A stretch of DNA of 64,000 nt from an uncultured Methylomirabilota bacterium (lineage in GTDB: Bacteria; Methylomirabilota; Methylomirabilia; Methylomirabilales; 2-02-FULL-66-22), in contig CAWJSJ010000002.1 in the NCBI GenBank assembly GCA_963845565.1, positions 2,208,001 through 2,272,000 on the forward strand. Direction: 5' to 3'. Below the pieces are notes generated by a model, which worked only from the letters and a program-made list of their open reading frames with translations, was not told the DNA's origin and ran no database searches. The translations under genes and the position numbers were made by a program. Below, in pieces: positions 9,601 to 19,768 of the stretch (positions within the stretch are counted from its first letter, which is position 1; each line of letters starts with the position of its first letter).

Positions 9601-10548
9601 ATGCGAGTTCTCGTCACGGGCGGTGCGGGTTTCATCGGGTCGCACATCGCGGATGCGTACCTGGCGGCTGGGCACACGGTCGGTGTGGTGGACAACCTGT
9701 CCACGGGGAGTGCGGAGAATCTCGATCCCCGTATCCGGCTTTGGCAGACGGACATTCGCGACACGGCGATCGATTCTATCCTTGCCGAGTTCCGGCCCGA
9801 CATCGTCAGCCACCACGCGGCGCAGATCAGCGTATCGGTCTCGGCGCGCGACCCGCGGGGCGACGCCGAGATCAACATCCTGGGCGCATTGAACCTCCTG
9901 GATGCGGCGGTCCGCCATCAAGTCCAGCGGGTGATCTTCGCTTCGACGGGCGGCGCCATGTACGGCGAGCAGGAGGCGCTGCCGACCGGGGAGTCCGTCT
10001 TTCCCGAACCGGTGAGCCCCTACGGGGTCGCCAAGCATTCGGTGGAGCGGTATCTGCACGCGTTTCAGCACATGCACGGCTTGCGCTCGGTCGTCCTTCG
10101 GTACGCCAACGTCTACGGGCCGCGCCAGAATCCGCACGGGGAGGCCGGAGTCGTGGCCATCTTTTGCAGGGGGCTTCTGGACGGAAAGACGCTGACGGTG
10201 TACGGCGACGGCGGCCAGACCCGCGATTACGTGTACGTCGGAGACGTGGTGCGGGCCAACCTGCTGGCTACGACGGCGCTGGTCGAGGGAAAGATTCCGA
10301 TCATGAATGTGGGGACCGGGGTCGAGACGTCGGTGAACGATCTGGTGCGGCTCCTCGGCGACGCAGCCGGCTCTCCCCTGCGCGTGGAGCATGCGCCTCC
10401 TCGCTCTGGAGAACAGCGGCGCAGCGCGCTGGACGCGGCCCTGGCCACCCGCGTTCTTGGCTGGCGACCGATGACCGACGTGCGGGCAGGCCTGCAGGAG
10501 ACGCTCGCCTGGTTCCGCCAGCGCGCCGGCGGGGTCGTGAAGAAATGA
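9601..10548 (+). CDS. NAD-dependent epimerase/dehydratase (UDP-glucose 4-epimerase-like SDR)
   Basis: VTGGAGFIGSH, YGVAK (YxxxK), RYANVYGPRQ, GDGGQTRDYVYV. Confidence 0.93.
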   Translation: MRVLVTGGAGFIGSHIADAYLAAGHTVGVVDNLSTGSAENLDPRIRLWQTDIRDTAIDSILAEFRPDIVSHHAAQISVSVSARDPRGDAEINILGALNLLDAAVRHQVQRVIFASTGGAMYGEQEALPTGESVFPEPVSPYGVAKHSVERYLHAFQHMHGLRSVVLRYANVYGPRQNPHGEAGVVAIFCRGLLDGKTLTVYGDGGQTRDYVYVGDVVRANLLATTALVEGKIPIMNVGTGVETSVNDLVRLLGDAAGSPLRVEHAPPRSGEQRRSALDAALATRVLGWRPMTDVRAGLQETLAWFRQRAGGVVKK

Positions 10549-10613
10549 GTTGGGACTGTCGGCCGGCGCGCGGCCGGTAGTTGTCGCCAGCCATGGTGCC
10601 TCGCGAGGTGCGC

Positions 10614-11015
10614 ATGCAGCCGTACGAGATTCATCTCTTCGTATGTACCAGTGGCGGAACCTGTCAGCATCAAGGGGCGGCGGAGGTGCATGCCTTCCTG
10701 CGCGAAGCCGTCCTCGGCGCGAAGCTGAAAGCCAAGGTCCGGGTGAATCATGCCGGCTGCCTCGACCAGTGCGGTCACGGGCCCATCCTGGTTGTCTATC
10801 CGGAGGGAATCTGGTACTCCCACGTGACCGTGGAGGATGCGCGGCACATCTTCTCGGAGCACATACTCGGCGGCCGGCCCGTGGAGCGTCTCCGGTTCGT
10901 GCCGCCGGGGCCGGGTGCACACAAGCTGGCGCGGGATCCGGACGGGAAGCCGATCGAGCGCTGCACCCTCTGTCGTGGCGGCCAGGCGTTGACCGCTGGA
11001 TATGCGGGAGAGTGA
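10614..11015 (+). CDS. Thioredoxin-like [2Fe-2S] ferredoxin with C-terminal CxxC extension
   Basis: HLFVCT..C, GCLDQCGHGP..VVYPEGIWY, EHILGGRPVERL, then CTLC. Confidence 0.88.
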   Translation: MQPYEIHLFVCTSGGTCQHQGAAEVHAFLREAVLGAKLKAKVRVNHAGCLDQCGHGPILVVYPEGIWYSHVTVEDARHIFSEHILGGRPVERLRFVPPGPGAHKLARDPDGKPIERCTLCRGGQALTAGYAGE

Positions 11016-11075
11016 AGAAGAAATTGCGTACGATGAGGTTGTGCGACCATACCTGACGAGAGTCTGTGAAGGAGC

Positions 11076-12452
11076 ATGGCGATGGCCGAGACCAAGGTGG
11101 TATTGTCGGAGAAAGATCTTCCGACTCAGTGGTACAACCTCCAGGCGGACCTGCCGTCACCGCTTCCTCCGGTGATCCATCCGGGGACGATGCGGCCAAT
11201 CGGGCCGGACGATCTGGCGCCACTGTTTCCCATGGGCCTCATCGCGCAGGAGGTCAGCCAGGAGCGCTGGGTTGCGATTCCCGAACCGGTCCGAGACATC
11301 TACCGGCTCTGGCGTCCCACGCCGCTCTACCGGGCCCACCGGCTGGAGCAGGCGCTCCAGACGCCCGCCCGCATCTACTACAAGTGGGAAGGGGTCAGTC
11401 CGGCGGGAAGCCACAAACCGAACACGGCCGTTCCCCAAGCGTATTATAACCAGCGCGAGGGCGTGAAGCGCCTCACCACGGAGACGGGGGCGGGTCAGTG
11501 GGGGAGCGCCCTGTCGCTGGCGTGCCGGCAGTTCGGCCTGGAATGCAAGGTCTACATGGTGAAGATCAGCTACCAACACAAGCCGTACCGAAAGGTGATG
11601 ATGGAGGCCTGGGGGGCAACGGTGGTGCCCAGCCCCAGCCCGGACACCCGGGCCGGCCGGGCCGTCCTGGCCAAGGATCCGGCCTCGCCGGGTAGCCTCG
11701 GCATCGCGATCAGCGAAGCCGTCGAGGACGCCGCCACGCGCGAGGACACCAAGTATGCGTTGGGCAGCGTCCTGAACCACGTCCTGATGCATCAGACGGT
11801 CATCGGCCTGGAGGCGAAGCGACAGTTCGAGATGTTGGGGGATTACCCGGACATTCTGGTGGGATGTGTCGGCGGCGGAAGCTCGTTCGGGGGATTCACC
11901 TTCCCCTTCGCGCAGGACAAGCTGACGGGGAAAGCGCCGAATCTCAGGATTGTGGCGGTGGAACCGACGGCGTGCCCCAGCCTGACCAAGGGGCAGTACC
12001 GCTACGACTTCGGGGATACGGCGGGCACCACTCCGCTGATGAAGATGTACACTTTGGGTCACTCGTTCATCCCGGCGCCGATTCACGCCGGTGGCCTCCG
12101 GTATCACGGGATGGCGCCGCTGGTCTGCGCGCTCTACGACCAACAGTTCATCGAGGCGGTGGCGGTCCCCCAGAATCCGATCTTCGAGGCGGCACTGCAG
12201 TTTGCCCGAACCGAGGGGATTATCCCCGCGCCGGAACCGTCCCACGCCATCCGGGTCGTGATCGACGAAGCGATCCGCTGCCGCGAGCGGGGCGAGCGCA
12301 AGACCATCGCCTTCGTCCTCTGCGGGCACGGCCACTTCGACCTGGCGTCGTACGAGCGGTACCTGACCGGTCAGCTGGAGGATTTCGCGTTGCCGCAATC
12401 CGCCATCGACGAGGCGCTGAGCTTGGTGCCCACGGTGGAGCCGCGAGCCTAG
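11076..12452 (+). CDS. trpB2: TrpB-like PLP enzyme (TrpB2, tryptophan synthase beta type 2)
   Basis: [16 protein letters not shown] (PLP lysine), [18 protein letters not shown]; no trpA nearby. Confidence 0.93.
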   Translation: MAMAETKVVLSEKDLPTQWYNLQADLPSPLPPVIHPGTMRPIGPDDLAPLFPMGLIAQEVSQERWVAIPEPVRDIYRLWRPTPLYRAHRLEQALQTPARIYYKWEGVSPAGSHKPNTAVPQAYYNQREGVKRLTTETGAGQWGSALSLACRQFGLECKVYMVKISYQHKPYRKVMMEAWGATVVPSPSPDTRAGRAVLAKDPASPGSLGIAISEAVEDAATREDTKYALGSVLNHVLMHQTVIGLEAKRQFEMLGDYPDILVGCVGGGSSFGGFTFPFAQDKLTGKAPNLRIVAVEPTACPSLTKGQYRYDFGDTAGTTPLMKMYTLGHSFIPAPIHAGGLRYHGMAPLVCALYDQQFIEAVAVPQNPIFEAALQFARTEGIIPAPEPSHAIRVVIDEAIRCRERGERKTIAFVLCGHGHFDLASYERYLTGQLEDFALPQSAIDEALSLVPTVEPRA

Positions 12453-12484
12453 AGCCGCGAGCCACGCCGCGGCCCGCGGGCAGG

Positions 12485-12549
12485 AGCCAACTGGTCGACG
12501 CGTCAAATGCTTTTCCCCAATTGACCAATTGACTCGTTGACGAATTGAC
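12485..12549. repeat. Octamer tandem-repeat hairpin (GTCAA / TTGAC core)
   Basis: gccaactg gtcgacgc gtcaaatg ... caattgac caattgac tcgttgac gaattgac. Confidence 0.75.
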
Positions 12550-12578
12550 GTGCTGCACTGCGACGCAAGGAGCCGAAC

Positions 12579-13340
12579 ATGGCGGAGGTCGAGAATACGC
12601 TGGCAGTCTTCATCGATTTCGAGAATCTGGCCCAGGGTTTCAAGCACGGCAAGGAAGACTTCGACATCACCCGGGTCCTGGAGCGGCTCGTGGAAAAGGG
12701 CAAGGTCATCGTCAAGGTGGCCTACGCGGACTGGAGTCGTTACGCCAAGTACAAGCAGGAGCTGCACGAGTCCGCCATCGAGCTGATCGAGATCCCCAAG
12801 CGCTCCATGACCGGCAAGAACTCTGCCGACATCCGCCTGTGTGTCGACGCCATGGACCTCTGCTATGCGAAGGAACACATCGACACCTTCGTGATCGTGT
12901 CCGGGGACAGCGATTTCTCTCCGTTGGTCTCCAAGCTGAAGGAGAACGGCAAGCGCGTCATCGGTCTCGGGATGAAAAGCTCCACCTCCGCGCTCCTCAG
13001 CGACAACTGCGACGAGTTCATCTTCTACGAGAGTCTGGGTGTGGGCGAGCAGATCACCCCGCCGGGCGTGCAGGATATCCCGAAGGAGAAGCGGGAGGCC
13101 TTTGAGCTTCTCTTCGACACCATCGTCGGCCTGGTGCGCGAGAACAAAGAAATCCTGTGGTCGTCGATGGTGAAAGACACCATGAAGCGGAAGCGGCCGG
13201 CCTTCGCCGAGCGGGCCTACGGCTACCGGACGTTCAGCGATTTGTTGGAGGATGCCCAGAAGCGGGGCTTCATCACACTCCGGACCGACCCGACCAGCGG
13301 GACGTACGTGGTGGTCGGGTTTGCGAAGGCCGGGCGCTGA
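12579..13340 (+). CDS. NYN (LabA/DUF88, PIN-like) domain protein with C-terminal OST-HTH/LOTUS domain
   Basis: VFIDFEN, AYADW, GKNSADI, VSGDSDF, CDEF; C-terminal KRKRPAFAERAYGYRTFSDLLE. Confidence 0.9.
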   Translation: MAEVENTLAVFIDFENLAQGFKHGKEDFDITRVLERLVEKGKVIVKVAYADWSRYAKYKQELHESAIELIEIPKRSMTGKNSADIRLCVDAMDLCYAKEHIDTFVIVSGDSDFSPLVSKLKENGKRVIGLGMKSSTSALLSDNCDEFIFYESLGVGEQITPPGVQDIPKEKREAFELLFDTIVGLVRENKEILWSSMVKDTMKRKRPAFAERAYGYRTFSDLLEDAQKRGFITLRTDPTSGTYVVVGFAKAGR

Positions 13341-13486
13341 GGGGCGAGGGACCGGGCGAGGGACCGACGGATAGGGCCAGGGATGTTGTGGCCGACATGG
13401 GTCACTTTCCGCTTGAACCGTGCCTCCATGTCCTGCTAGCTTTCCGTCGGAACAGGGCGACGCGGGAAAACGGAAAGGAGCGTACG

Positions 13487-14512
13487 ATGAAAAGATGGTG
13501 GGTTCTTGGAGTGGTGTTGCTGGCCATGGCCTTGGCAACGGGGGCGGCCGCGCAGCAGAATGTGCTGGTCCTCTACGGCAGTCCGGATCGGGATTGGGTG
13601 GCGGCGATTGCGAACAAGTTCGAGAAGGACACGGGCACCAAGGTGCCGTGGATCCGGGCCAGCAGCAACGAGATGTACGCCAAGATCGAGGCGGAGAAGG
13701 CGAACCCTCAAGGCGACGTGTGGTTCGGTGGAACCGGAGATCCACACTTCGCGGCGGCCGAGGCAGGGCTGACGGAACCGTACTGTACGCCCATGATGCC
13801 CCAGTTGCGGGAGTGGATGCGCGATCCGATCGGCAATTGCCGGGTCCTCGGCCTTTACGCCGGTCCGCTGGGCTGGGCGGTCAACGAGGGGGTCCTCAAG
13901 AAGATGGGCAAGCCCATGCCCCAGACGTGGGATGATCTCACCAAGCCAGAGTACAAGGGTTTGATCGCCATCTCGAACCCCACAACGGCTGGGACAGCCT
14001 ACACGGCCCTGGTGTCGATCTTGCTTCTGAAGGGTGAGGACAAGGGGTGGGAGTACCTGGCCAAGCTGCATAAGAACGTCGCCCAGTACACCAAGTCCGG
14101 GTCGGCGGCTGGACAGCTGGCCGGGCAGGGAGAGGTCGCCATCGGCATCGTGTTCTTGCACGATGCGGTGATGTTTGCCGAGGAGGGCTTCCCGGTGAAA
14201 CCGGTCGCTCCCGCGGACGGCACCGGTTACGAGATCGGCGGGCTCAGCCTCATCAAGGGTGCGCCGCACATGGCCAACGCCAAGAAGTTCATCGATTGGG
14301 CGCTGACGCCGGAGACGCAGGCGATCGCCAAGGACTTCCGCTCGTTTCAACTCCAGTCCAACAAGAAGACCCCACTCCCGTCGGTGGTCCTCAAGCACGG
14401 GATGGACTTCGAGAACGTGAAGACCATCAAGTACGATTTCCTGTGGGCCTCAAAAAACCGGGAGCGCATCATCAAGCGCTGGTCGGAGCAGATCTTCTCG
14501 CAGGCGCGGTGA
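13487..14512 (+). CDS. AfuA/FbpA-type ABC substrate-binding protein
   Basis: GAAAGGAG RBS, signal peptide, NPQGDVWFGG, NPTTAGTAY, DGTGYEIGG, AKKFIDWALT. Confidence 0.88.
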   Translation: MKRWWVLGVVLLAMALATGAAAQQNVLVLYGSPDRDWVAAIANKFEKDTGTKVPWIRASSNEMYAKIEAEKANPQGDVWFGGTGDPHFAAAEAGLTEPYCTPMMPQLREWMRDPIGNCRVLGLYAGPLGWAVNEGVLKKMGKPMPQTWDDLTKPEYKGLIAISNPTTAGTAYTALVSILLLKGEDKGWEYLAKLHKNVAQYTKSGSAAGQLAGQGEVAIGIVFLHDAVMFAEEGFPVKPVAPADGTGYEIGGLSLIKGAPHMANAKKFIDWALTPETQAIAKDFRSFQLQSNKKTPLPSVVLKHGMDFENVKTIKYDFLWASKNRERIIKRWSEQIFSQAR

Positions 14513-14527
14513 CAGGTCGCGCACTTC

Positions 14528-14583
14528 GCTGTCAGCCTTCAGCCGTCGGCAGGCCATGGCGGCTGAAGGCTGATTGCTGATGG
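14528..14583. repeat. Heptamer tandem-repeat hairpin (TCAGC / GCTGA core)
   Basis: gctgtcagccttcagccgtcggc ... ggctgaaggctgattgctgatgg. Confidence 0.7.
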
Positions 14584-14600
14584 TTACCTGGAGTGCTCGC

Positions 14601-16637
14601 GTGAATCTTGTCCGCAACCCGGCATGCCTTTTCGGCGGTCTCGTTCTCCTGGCGACGAGCATCGTCGTGCCCTTCGTGTCTCGGCAAGGGTACGTGCTAT
14701 CCATCGGGCGGGGCGATTTTGCGCTGACGCCGCTGGCGTTGGCCGGCCAGTATCCGGGATTCTGGCTTCTGATCGGGCTGGCAGTGGTGTGGGTGGCGCT
14801 GGGGTTGCTGTGGCGGGACCGTCCGGATCGTCCGGCGCTCTGGGGCGGGGTGGTCGGGTGCGTTCTCGTCGTCTGGCTGACGGTGGCCGCCGGGAGCAAA
14901 CCCTACGCCTTTGGGTTGGGCAGCCTCCTGGCCATGACCGTGTGCCTCCTGGTGCTCTCCTTCGGGTTGTCCCAGGGGGGCTACATCCGCGCGGACACTT
15001 TCGTAGCGGCGAGCATCCTGCTGCTGGGCTTCTTCGTCCTACTCTTCATCATCTACCCCATCCTTGCGGTGCTCCAACACAGCGTCATGGATGGCCAGGG
15101 CGCCTTCCATCCGGGATTGTTTCTGGAGACCCTGCAGCGCTACAAGTCCTTCTGGCGCGTGCTGCGCAACAGCCTGGGCCTGGCCGTCTTTGTCGGGGTG
15201 GTCTCGACGCTGATCGGGTTGGCGTTCGCCCTGGCGGCCACGCGATCGCGGTCGCGTCTCACCGTCCTGCTGCGATCCTTCTCCCTTCTGCCCATGATCA
15301 CGCCGCCCTTTGTGGTCGGCCTGGCGATCATCCTGCTCTTCGGCCTGCAGGGGCTTGTCACGAGTGCGCTACTCGGGCTCAAGACACGGGGGATCTTTGG
15401 GTTCCCCGGCGTGGCGCTGGCGCAGATATTGTCCTTTGCGCCGGTGGCGTTCCTGGTGATTGCCAGCGTGGTGGAAGGCGTGAATCCCGCCCTGGAAGAG
15501 GCGAGCCTGACCTTGCGGGCCGGACCCTGGGAGACGTTCTGGAAGGTGACCCTGCCTCTTCTGCGGCCGGGGGTGGCGAACGCGTTTCTCCTCACCATCG
15601 TGGAATCGCTGGCGGATTTCGGAAACCCGATCATCCTCGGGGGTGAGTTCGAGGTCCTTTCGACGGAGATCTATTTCGCCATTATCGGCCGCTTTGACAA
15701 AACGCTGGCCGCGTCGCTGGGGATCGTCCTCTTGTCGGCCAGTTTGGTGACGTTCGTCTTGCAGCAGTTTTGGCTCGGGCGTCGCTCCTACGTCACGGTC
15801 ACCGGGAAGCCGCCGTCAGGGCAGCCGCAACCACTCCCCCGCGGTCTCGAGATCGGCCTCCTGGGCTTCTGCGTGGGGTGGTGCCTCTTCACGCTGGCGC
15901 TGTACGTCTTCGTCGTGTACGGCGGATTTGTCGAGATCTGGGGGATCAATAACACGTTCACGCTCCGCCACTACCGTCAGCTCCTGCGGGACGGAATGGA
16001 CGCCCTGACCTCGACGCTGATTCTGGCCGGCGTCTCGGCCCCCCTGACCGCCGTCGTCGGTATCCTGACCGCCTACCTTGTGGTGCGACACCGCTTCCCG
16101 GGACGCGGCGCGCTGGAGTTTACCTCCATGCTGTCCTTCGCCGTGCCGGGGACGGTGATCGGCATTGGGTACATCCTGGCCTTCAACCAGCCGCCCCTCC
16201 TCTTGACCGGCGGGGCGGCCATTCTGGTCATCTCGTTCATCTTCCGAAACATGCCGGTGGGCATCCGGAGCGGCATCGCGGCGTTGGCCCAGATCGACAA
16301 GGCGCTGGAGGAGGCCTCGGTGACATTACGGGCCTCGTTCGCCACAACCCTCTGGCGGATCGTCTTGCCCTTGATCCGTCCGGCCATCATTTCGGCGCTG
16401 GTGTTCAGCTTTGTGCGGTCGGTGACTGCCATCAGCGCCGTGGTCTTCCTGGTAAGCGCCAAGTGGCAGCTCAGCACCAAGGTCATCCTGGACCAGGCCG
16501 AGAACGGCCGGTATGGCTTGGCCACGGCCTACAGCACGGTGCTGATTGTGATCATGGCGGCGGCGGTCGCACTCATGTACCTGCTGGTGGGTAAGAAGGG
16601 CGCGGGGGGCGCGATCCAGAGTGGAGGCACGGCATGA
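14601..16637 (+). CDS. AfuB/FbpB-type ABC permease (two TM domains)
   Basis: PMITPPFV, two LEEAS..L EAA loops, SLADFGNP, FAVPGTVIG; start uncertain (GTG 14601 after GGAG). Confidence 0.88.
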   Translation: MNLVRNPACLFGGLVLLATSIVVPFVSRQGYVLSIGRGDFALTPLALAGQYPGFWLLIGLAVVWVALGLLWRDRPDRPALWGGVVGCVLVVWLTVAAGSKPYAFGLGSLLAMTVCLLVLSFGLSQGGYIRADTFVAASILLLGFFVLLFIIYPILAVLQHSVMDGQGAFHPGLFLETLQRYKSFWRVLRNSLGLAVFVGVVSTLIGLAFALAATRSRSRLTVLLRSFSLLPMITPPFVVGLAIILLFGLQGLVTSALLGLKTRGIFGFPGVALAQILSFAPVAFLVIASVVEGVNPALEEASLTLRAGPWETFWKVTLPLLRPGVANAFLLTIVESLADFGNPIILGGEFEVLSTEIYFAIIGRFDKTLAASLGIVLLSASLVTFVLQQFWLGRRSYVTVTGKPPSGQPQPLPRGLEIGLLGFCVGWCLFTLALYVFVVYGGFVEIWGINNTFTLRHYRQLLRDGMDALTSTLILAGVSAPLTAVVGILTAYLVVRHRFPGRGALEFTSMLSFAVPGTVIGIGYILAFNQPPLLLTGGAAILVISFIFRNMPVGIRSGIAALAQIDKALEEASVTLRASFATTLWRIVLPLIRPAIISALVFSFVRSVTAISAVVFLVSAKWQLSTKVILDQAENGRYGLATAYSTVLIVIMAAAVALMYLLVGKKGAGGAIQSGGTA

Positions 16638-17707
16638 TGGAAGTGGTGAAGTCCCAGGCGGCGCGGGTCGCTCTGGAGCACGTGAGCAAGCGATTCGGCA
16701 AGACCGTGGCGGTGGACGACGTCAGTCTCCAGATCGAGCCAGGGTCGCTGGTCACGCTGCTCGGGCCGTCGGGCTGCGGGAAGACGACGATCCTGCGAAT
16801 GGTCGCGGGTCTCGAAACGACCACCAGCGGCCGGGTCTTCATCGGCGACGCGGATGTGACCCACCTCCCTCCCAACGCCCGCGACGTCACCATGATGTTT
16901 CAGTCCTACGCACTCTTCCCGCACCTGTCCGTCTTCGAGAACGTGGCCTACGGCCTGCGGGTGCTGCGGCGGCCGGAGGCGGAGCTACGGAAGGCGGCGG
17001 AGGACGTCCTCGCGCTGGTGGGCATGGCCGGGATGGGGGAGCGGGCCCCGAACGCCCTCTCGGGCGGTCAGCAGCAGCGCGTTGCCCTGGCCCGGTCCCT
17101 GGTCATGCAGCCCAAGGTGCTGCTCTTCGACGAGCCGCTGTCCAACCTGGACGCCAAGCTCCGGAAGCGTATGCGCGAGGAGATCCGCCTACTCCAGCAG
17201 CGGCTGGGAATCACGGCGATCTATGTGACCCACGACCAGGCCGAGGCGCTGGCCATTTCGGACCGGATCGTGGTCATCGAGAAGGGGCGCATCGCCCAGA
17301 TCGGGTCCCCGCTGGAGCTGTACAGAAGCCCCGGCAGCCGGTTCGTGGCGGAGTTTATCGGGGAAGCCAATTTCCTGCCGGCGCGGCTGGAGGCGATGGA
17401 AAACGGCCACGCCCGAGTGGCCATCGGGCCACAGCGACTCAGCGTGGACAGCCCGCGCCTCCAGGCGGGTGCCGTCACGGTTCTGGCGCGCCCCGAGGCC
17501 ATTCGGATCCGGACGCAGGGCGACGGCCTGTCTGGCACCGTCCAGAAAGTCTCCTACCTGGGCTCGTCCGCCGACTACACGGTCGAGACGGAGTTGGGTC
17601 CCGTCCTGATCACCGACTACGAGATGCAGGGTGGGGTCCTACCCGCCGGGACTGCCGTCCGCCTGGTGTTTCTCCCGCACGGGGTGTACCCGCTTCCGAG
17701 TGTGTAG
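16634..17707 (+). CDS. ABC transporter ATP-binding protein (AfuC/PotA type)
   Basis: GPSGCGKT, LSGGQQQR, LLFDEPLSNLD, TOBE-like C-terminus. Confidence 0.95.
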   Translation: MMEVVKSQAARVALEHVSKRFGKTVAVDDVSLQIEPGSLVTLLGPSGCGKTTILRMVAGLETTTSGRVFIGDADVTHLPPNARDVTMMFQSYALFPHLSVFENVAYGLRVLRRPEAELRKAAEDVLALVGMAGMGERAPNALSGGQQQRVALARSLVMQPKVLLFDEPLSNLDAKLRKRMREEIRLLQQRLGITAIYVTHDQAEALAISDRIVVIEKGRIAQIGSPLELYRSPGSRFVAEFIGEANFLPARLEAMENGHARVAIGPQRLSVDSPRLQAGAVTVLARPEAIRIRTQGDGLSGTVQKVSYLGSSADYTVETELGPVLITDYEMQGGVLPAGTAVRLVFLPHGVYPLPSV

Positions 17708-17796
17708 GGGCGGGCGGGTCCCGGTGCCGCGCGCCGTTGGTGGCGCGCGCGGTGCCCGCCGGCGATGAGCCGCCCCTCGGGAGATGGGCTTTTTTC

Positions 17797-17825
17797 TTGA
17801 CGGGTTCCGGGGGCTCACGCAGAAT
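17797..17825 (+). promoter_or_regulatory. Putative sigma70 promoter of the PGM operon
   Basis: TTGACG-N17-CAGAAT. Confidence 0.4.
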
Positions 17826-17854
17826 ACGCCGCATCCGTGCGGCGTTTCTTTTTT
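17826..17854 (+). terminator. Intrinsic-terminator-like hairpin
   Basis: ACGCCGCA-TCCG-TGCGGCGT followed by TTCTTTTTT. Confidence 0.55.
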
Positions 17855-17866
17855 GGAGTAGGCTCC

Positions 17867-19303
17867 ATGACGGACATTCGATTTGGAACCGATGGCTGGC
17901 GCGGGATCATCGCGGACGATGTGACCTTCGCGACCGTGCGGCTCACGACGCGGGCGATCGCGCGGCGAGTCCGCGTCGAGGCGGGGAGCGCCGGCGTGCC
18001 GCACGTCCTGGTCGGGTATGACACGCGATTCCTCTCCCGGGAGTTTGCGCAGGCGGCGGCAGAGGCGATGGCGGCGGAAGGGGTGCGGGTGAGTCTGGCG
18101 GACCGGTTCGCGCCGACCCCGGCGTTCTCGTACGCGGTGGTGCGACTGCGCGCGGCCGGGGCCGTGGTGATCACGGCCAGCCACAATCCGCCGCAGTACA
18201 GCGGGGTCAAATTCAAGGCGAGCTTCGGAGGATCGGCGCCCGTCTCGTTCACCCGCGGCGTGGAGGAGGAGATCCGACGACTGGAGGCCGAAGCGGCCCA
18301 GCCGGCAGCCGGCAGCGGGCAGCCGGCAGCGATCGATGTCTTCGACGCGCGCGAGCCGTGGCTCGATCGGCTCGAAGCCTTGGTGGATATCTCGCGCATC
18401 GGGCGGAGCGGGATCCGGGTGGCGCTGGATGTGATGTACGGCGCGGGCCAGGGACTCCTGGCCGCGCGACTACGAAAAGCGGGTTGCGAGGTCCGTGAGC
18501 TGCACGCGGAGGTCAACCCGAACTTCGGCGGACTTCACCCGGAACCGATCCTGCCGTACATGGGTCCGCTGATCGACCATGTGCGGGGCTGGGATGGACC
18601 GGGCATCCGCGTGGGGTTCGCCTTCGACGGGGACAGCGACCGGATCGCCCCGGTGGACGAGGAGGGTGCCATCGTCACCCCGCACCAGGTTCTGGCACTC
18701 CTGGTCCGGCACCTGGCGCGCAATCGCCACCAGCAGGGGGCGATCGTCAAGTCGGTGAACATCGGCCACATGGTGGATCTGGAGGCCGCGGCGCTGGGGT
18801 TGCCGCTGGTGGTCACCCCGATCGGGTTCAAGTTCATCGCCGCGGCCATGCAGGAACAGGACGCGCTGGTGGGCGGGGAGGAGAGCGGCGGCTTCGCCGT
18901 GCGCGGTCACATCCCCGAACGGGACCCGGGACTCATCTGCCTCCTGCTGCTGGAGTGCATGGCGGCGACGGGGAAGTCGCTGGGGACCCTGGTCCGGGAA
19001 ATGGAGTCGGACTACGGCACCCACCGGTACGGCCGCGTGGACCTCCGGCTGGCCACGCTGGCCGATCGGGACCGCGTGGTGGCGCAGGTGACGAACGCCC
19101 CACCGACACGGCTGCTCGATCAACTCGTGCGGCAGGTGGACACGCTGGACGGCGTCAAGCTGATCCGGGCCGATCAGAGCTGGGTCATGCTGCGGGCGTC
19201 GGGGACGGAGCCGCTCCTCCGGATCTACGCCGAGGCCTCCACGGAGACCGAGGTCGAGGCGCTCCTGGCCTGGGGGCGGGAGCTCGCGACGGGGAAGGAG
19301 TAA
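17867..19303 (+). CDS. Phosphoglucomutase/phosphomannomutase
   Basis: FGTDGWRG, ITASHNP, FDGDSDR, GGEESGG, LRASGTEP. Confidence 0.95.
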   Translation: MTDIRFGTDGWRGIIADDVTFATVRLTTRAIARRVRVEAGSAGVPHVLVGYDTRFLSREFAQAAAEAMAAEGVRVSLADRFAPTPAFSYAVVRLRAAGAVVITASHNPPQYSGVKFKASFGGSAPVSFTRGVEEEIRRLEAEAAQPAAGSGQPAAIDVFDAREPWLDRLEALVDISRIGRSGIRVALDVMYGAGQGLLAARLRKAGCEVRELHAEVNPNFGGLHPEPILPYMGPLIDHVRGWDGPGIRVGFAFDGDSDRIAPVDEEGAIVTPHQVLALLVRHLARNRHQQGAIVKSVNIGHMVDLEAAALGLPLVVTPIGFKFIAAAMQEQDALVGGEESGGFAVRGHIPERDPGLICLLLLECMAATGKSLGTLVREMESDYGTHRYGRVDLRLATLADRDRVVAQVTNAPPTRLLDQLVRQVDTLDGVKLIRADQSWVMLRASGTEPLLRIYAEASTETEVEALLAWGRELATGKE

Positions 19304-19309
19304 CGGATC

Positions 19310-19768
19310 ATGGCGCAGGTGCGGGCAGGCGCAACGGGGACGGCGTTGGGCGGCGTCAAGAGCCGGCCGATCGAGGAAGAACGGCGGCCCTGGGGCAGCT
19401 TCCACACCCTGGAAGAGGGGCCCGGGTACAAAGTCAAGCGACTGGTGATCCGGCCCGGCCAGCGGCTGAGCCTGCAGAAACACCGGCACCGAAGCGAGCA
19501 CTGGGTCGTGGTGGCGGGCACGGCGACGGTCACGAACGGGGCGCAGCTCCTCCGTTTGGGGCGGCGTGCCTGCACGGTGATTCCTCGACAGGCCTGGCAC
19601 CGGATCGAGAATCGCGGACGGACGCCCGTGGTGGTGATCGAGGTGCAGCACGGCGCGTATCTCGGCGAGGACGACATCATCCGGAAACAGGACGATTACG
19701 GGAGAGCCGCGAGCCGCGAATCGCGAGCCGCGACCCCGCCAACACGCACCAGGGAGAGGCGAGGATGA
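19310..19768 (+). CDS. Mannose-6-phosphate isomerase type II C-terminal cupin (stand-alone)
   Basis: RPWG, LSLQKHRHRSEHW, IEVQHGAYLGEDDIIR. Confidence 0.9.
   Translation: MAQVRAGATGTALGGVKSRPIEEERRPWGSFHTLEEGPGYKVKRLVIRPGQRLSLQKHRHRSEHWVVVAGTATVTNGAQLLRLGRRACTVIPRQAWHRIENRGRTPVVVIEVQHGAYLGEDDIIRKQDDYGRAASRESRAATPPTRTRERRG

Noticed and set aside
12579..13340. NYN protein as an anti-phage or toxin system
   Set aside because: Common LabA/DUF88-LOTUS architecture in a housekeeping context with no partner gene.
11157..13745. 862-aa minus-strand ORF
   Set aside because: Antisense shadow of trpB2/NYN/SBP in high-GC DNA; no motifs.
18955..19764. N-terminal extension of manC in the ORF track
   Set aside because: Overlaps the PGM and cupin genes; the real start is ATG 19765 with an RBS.
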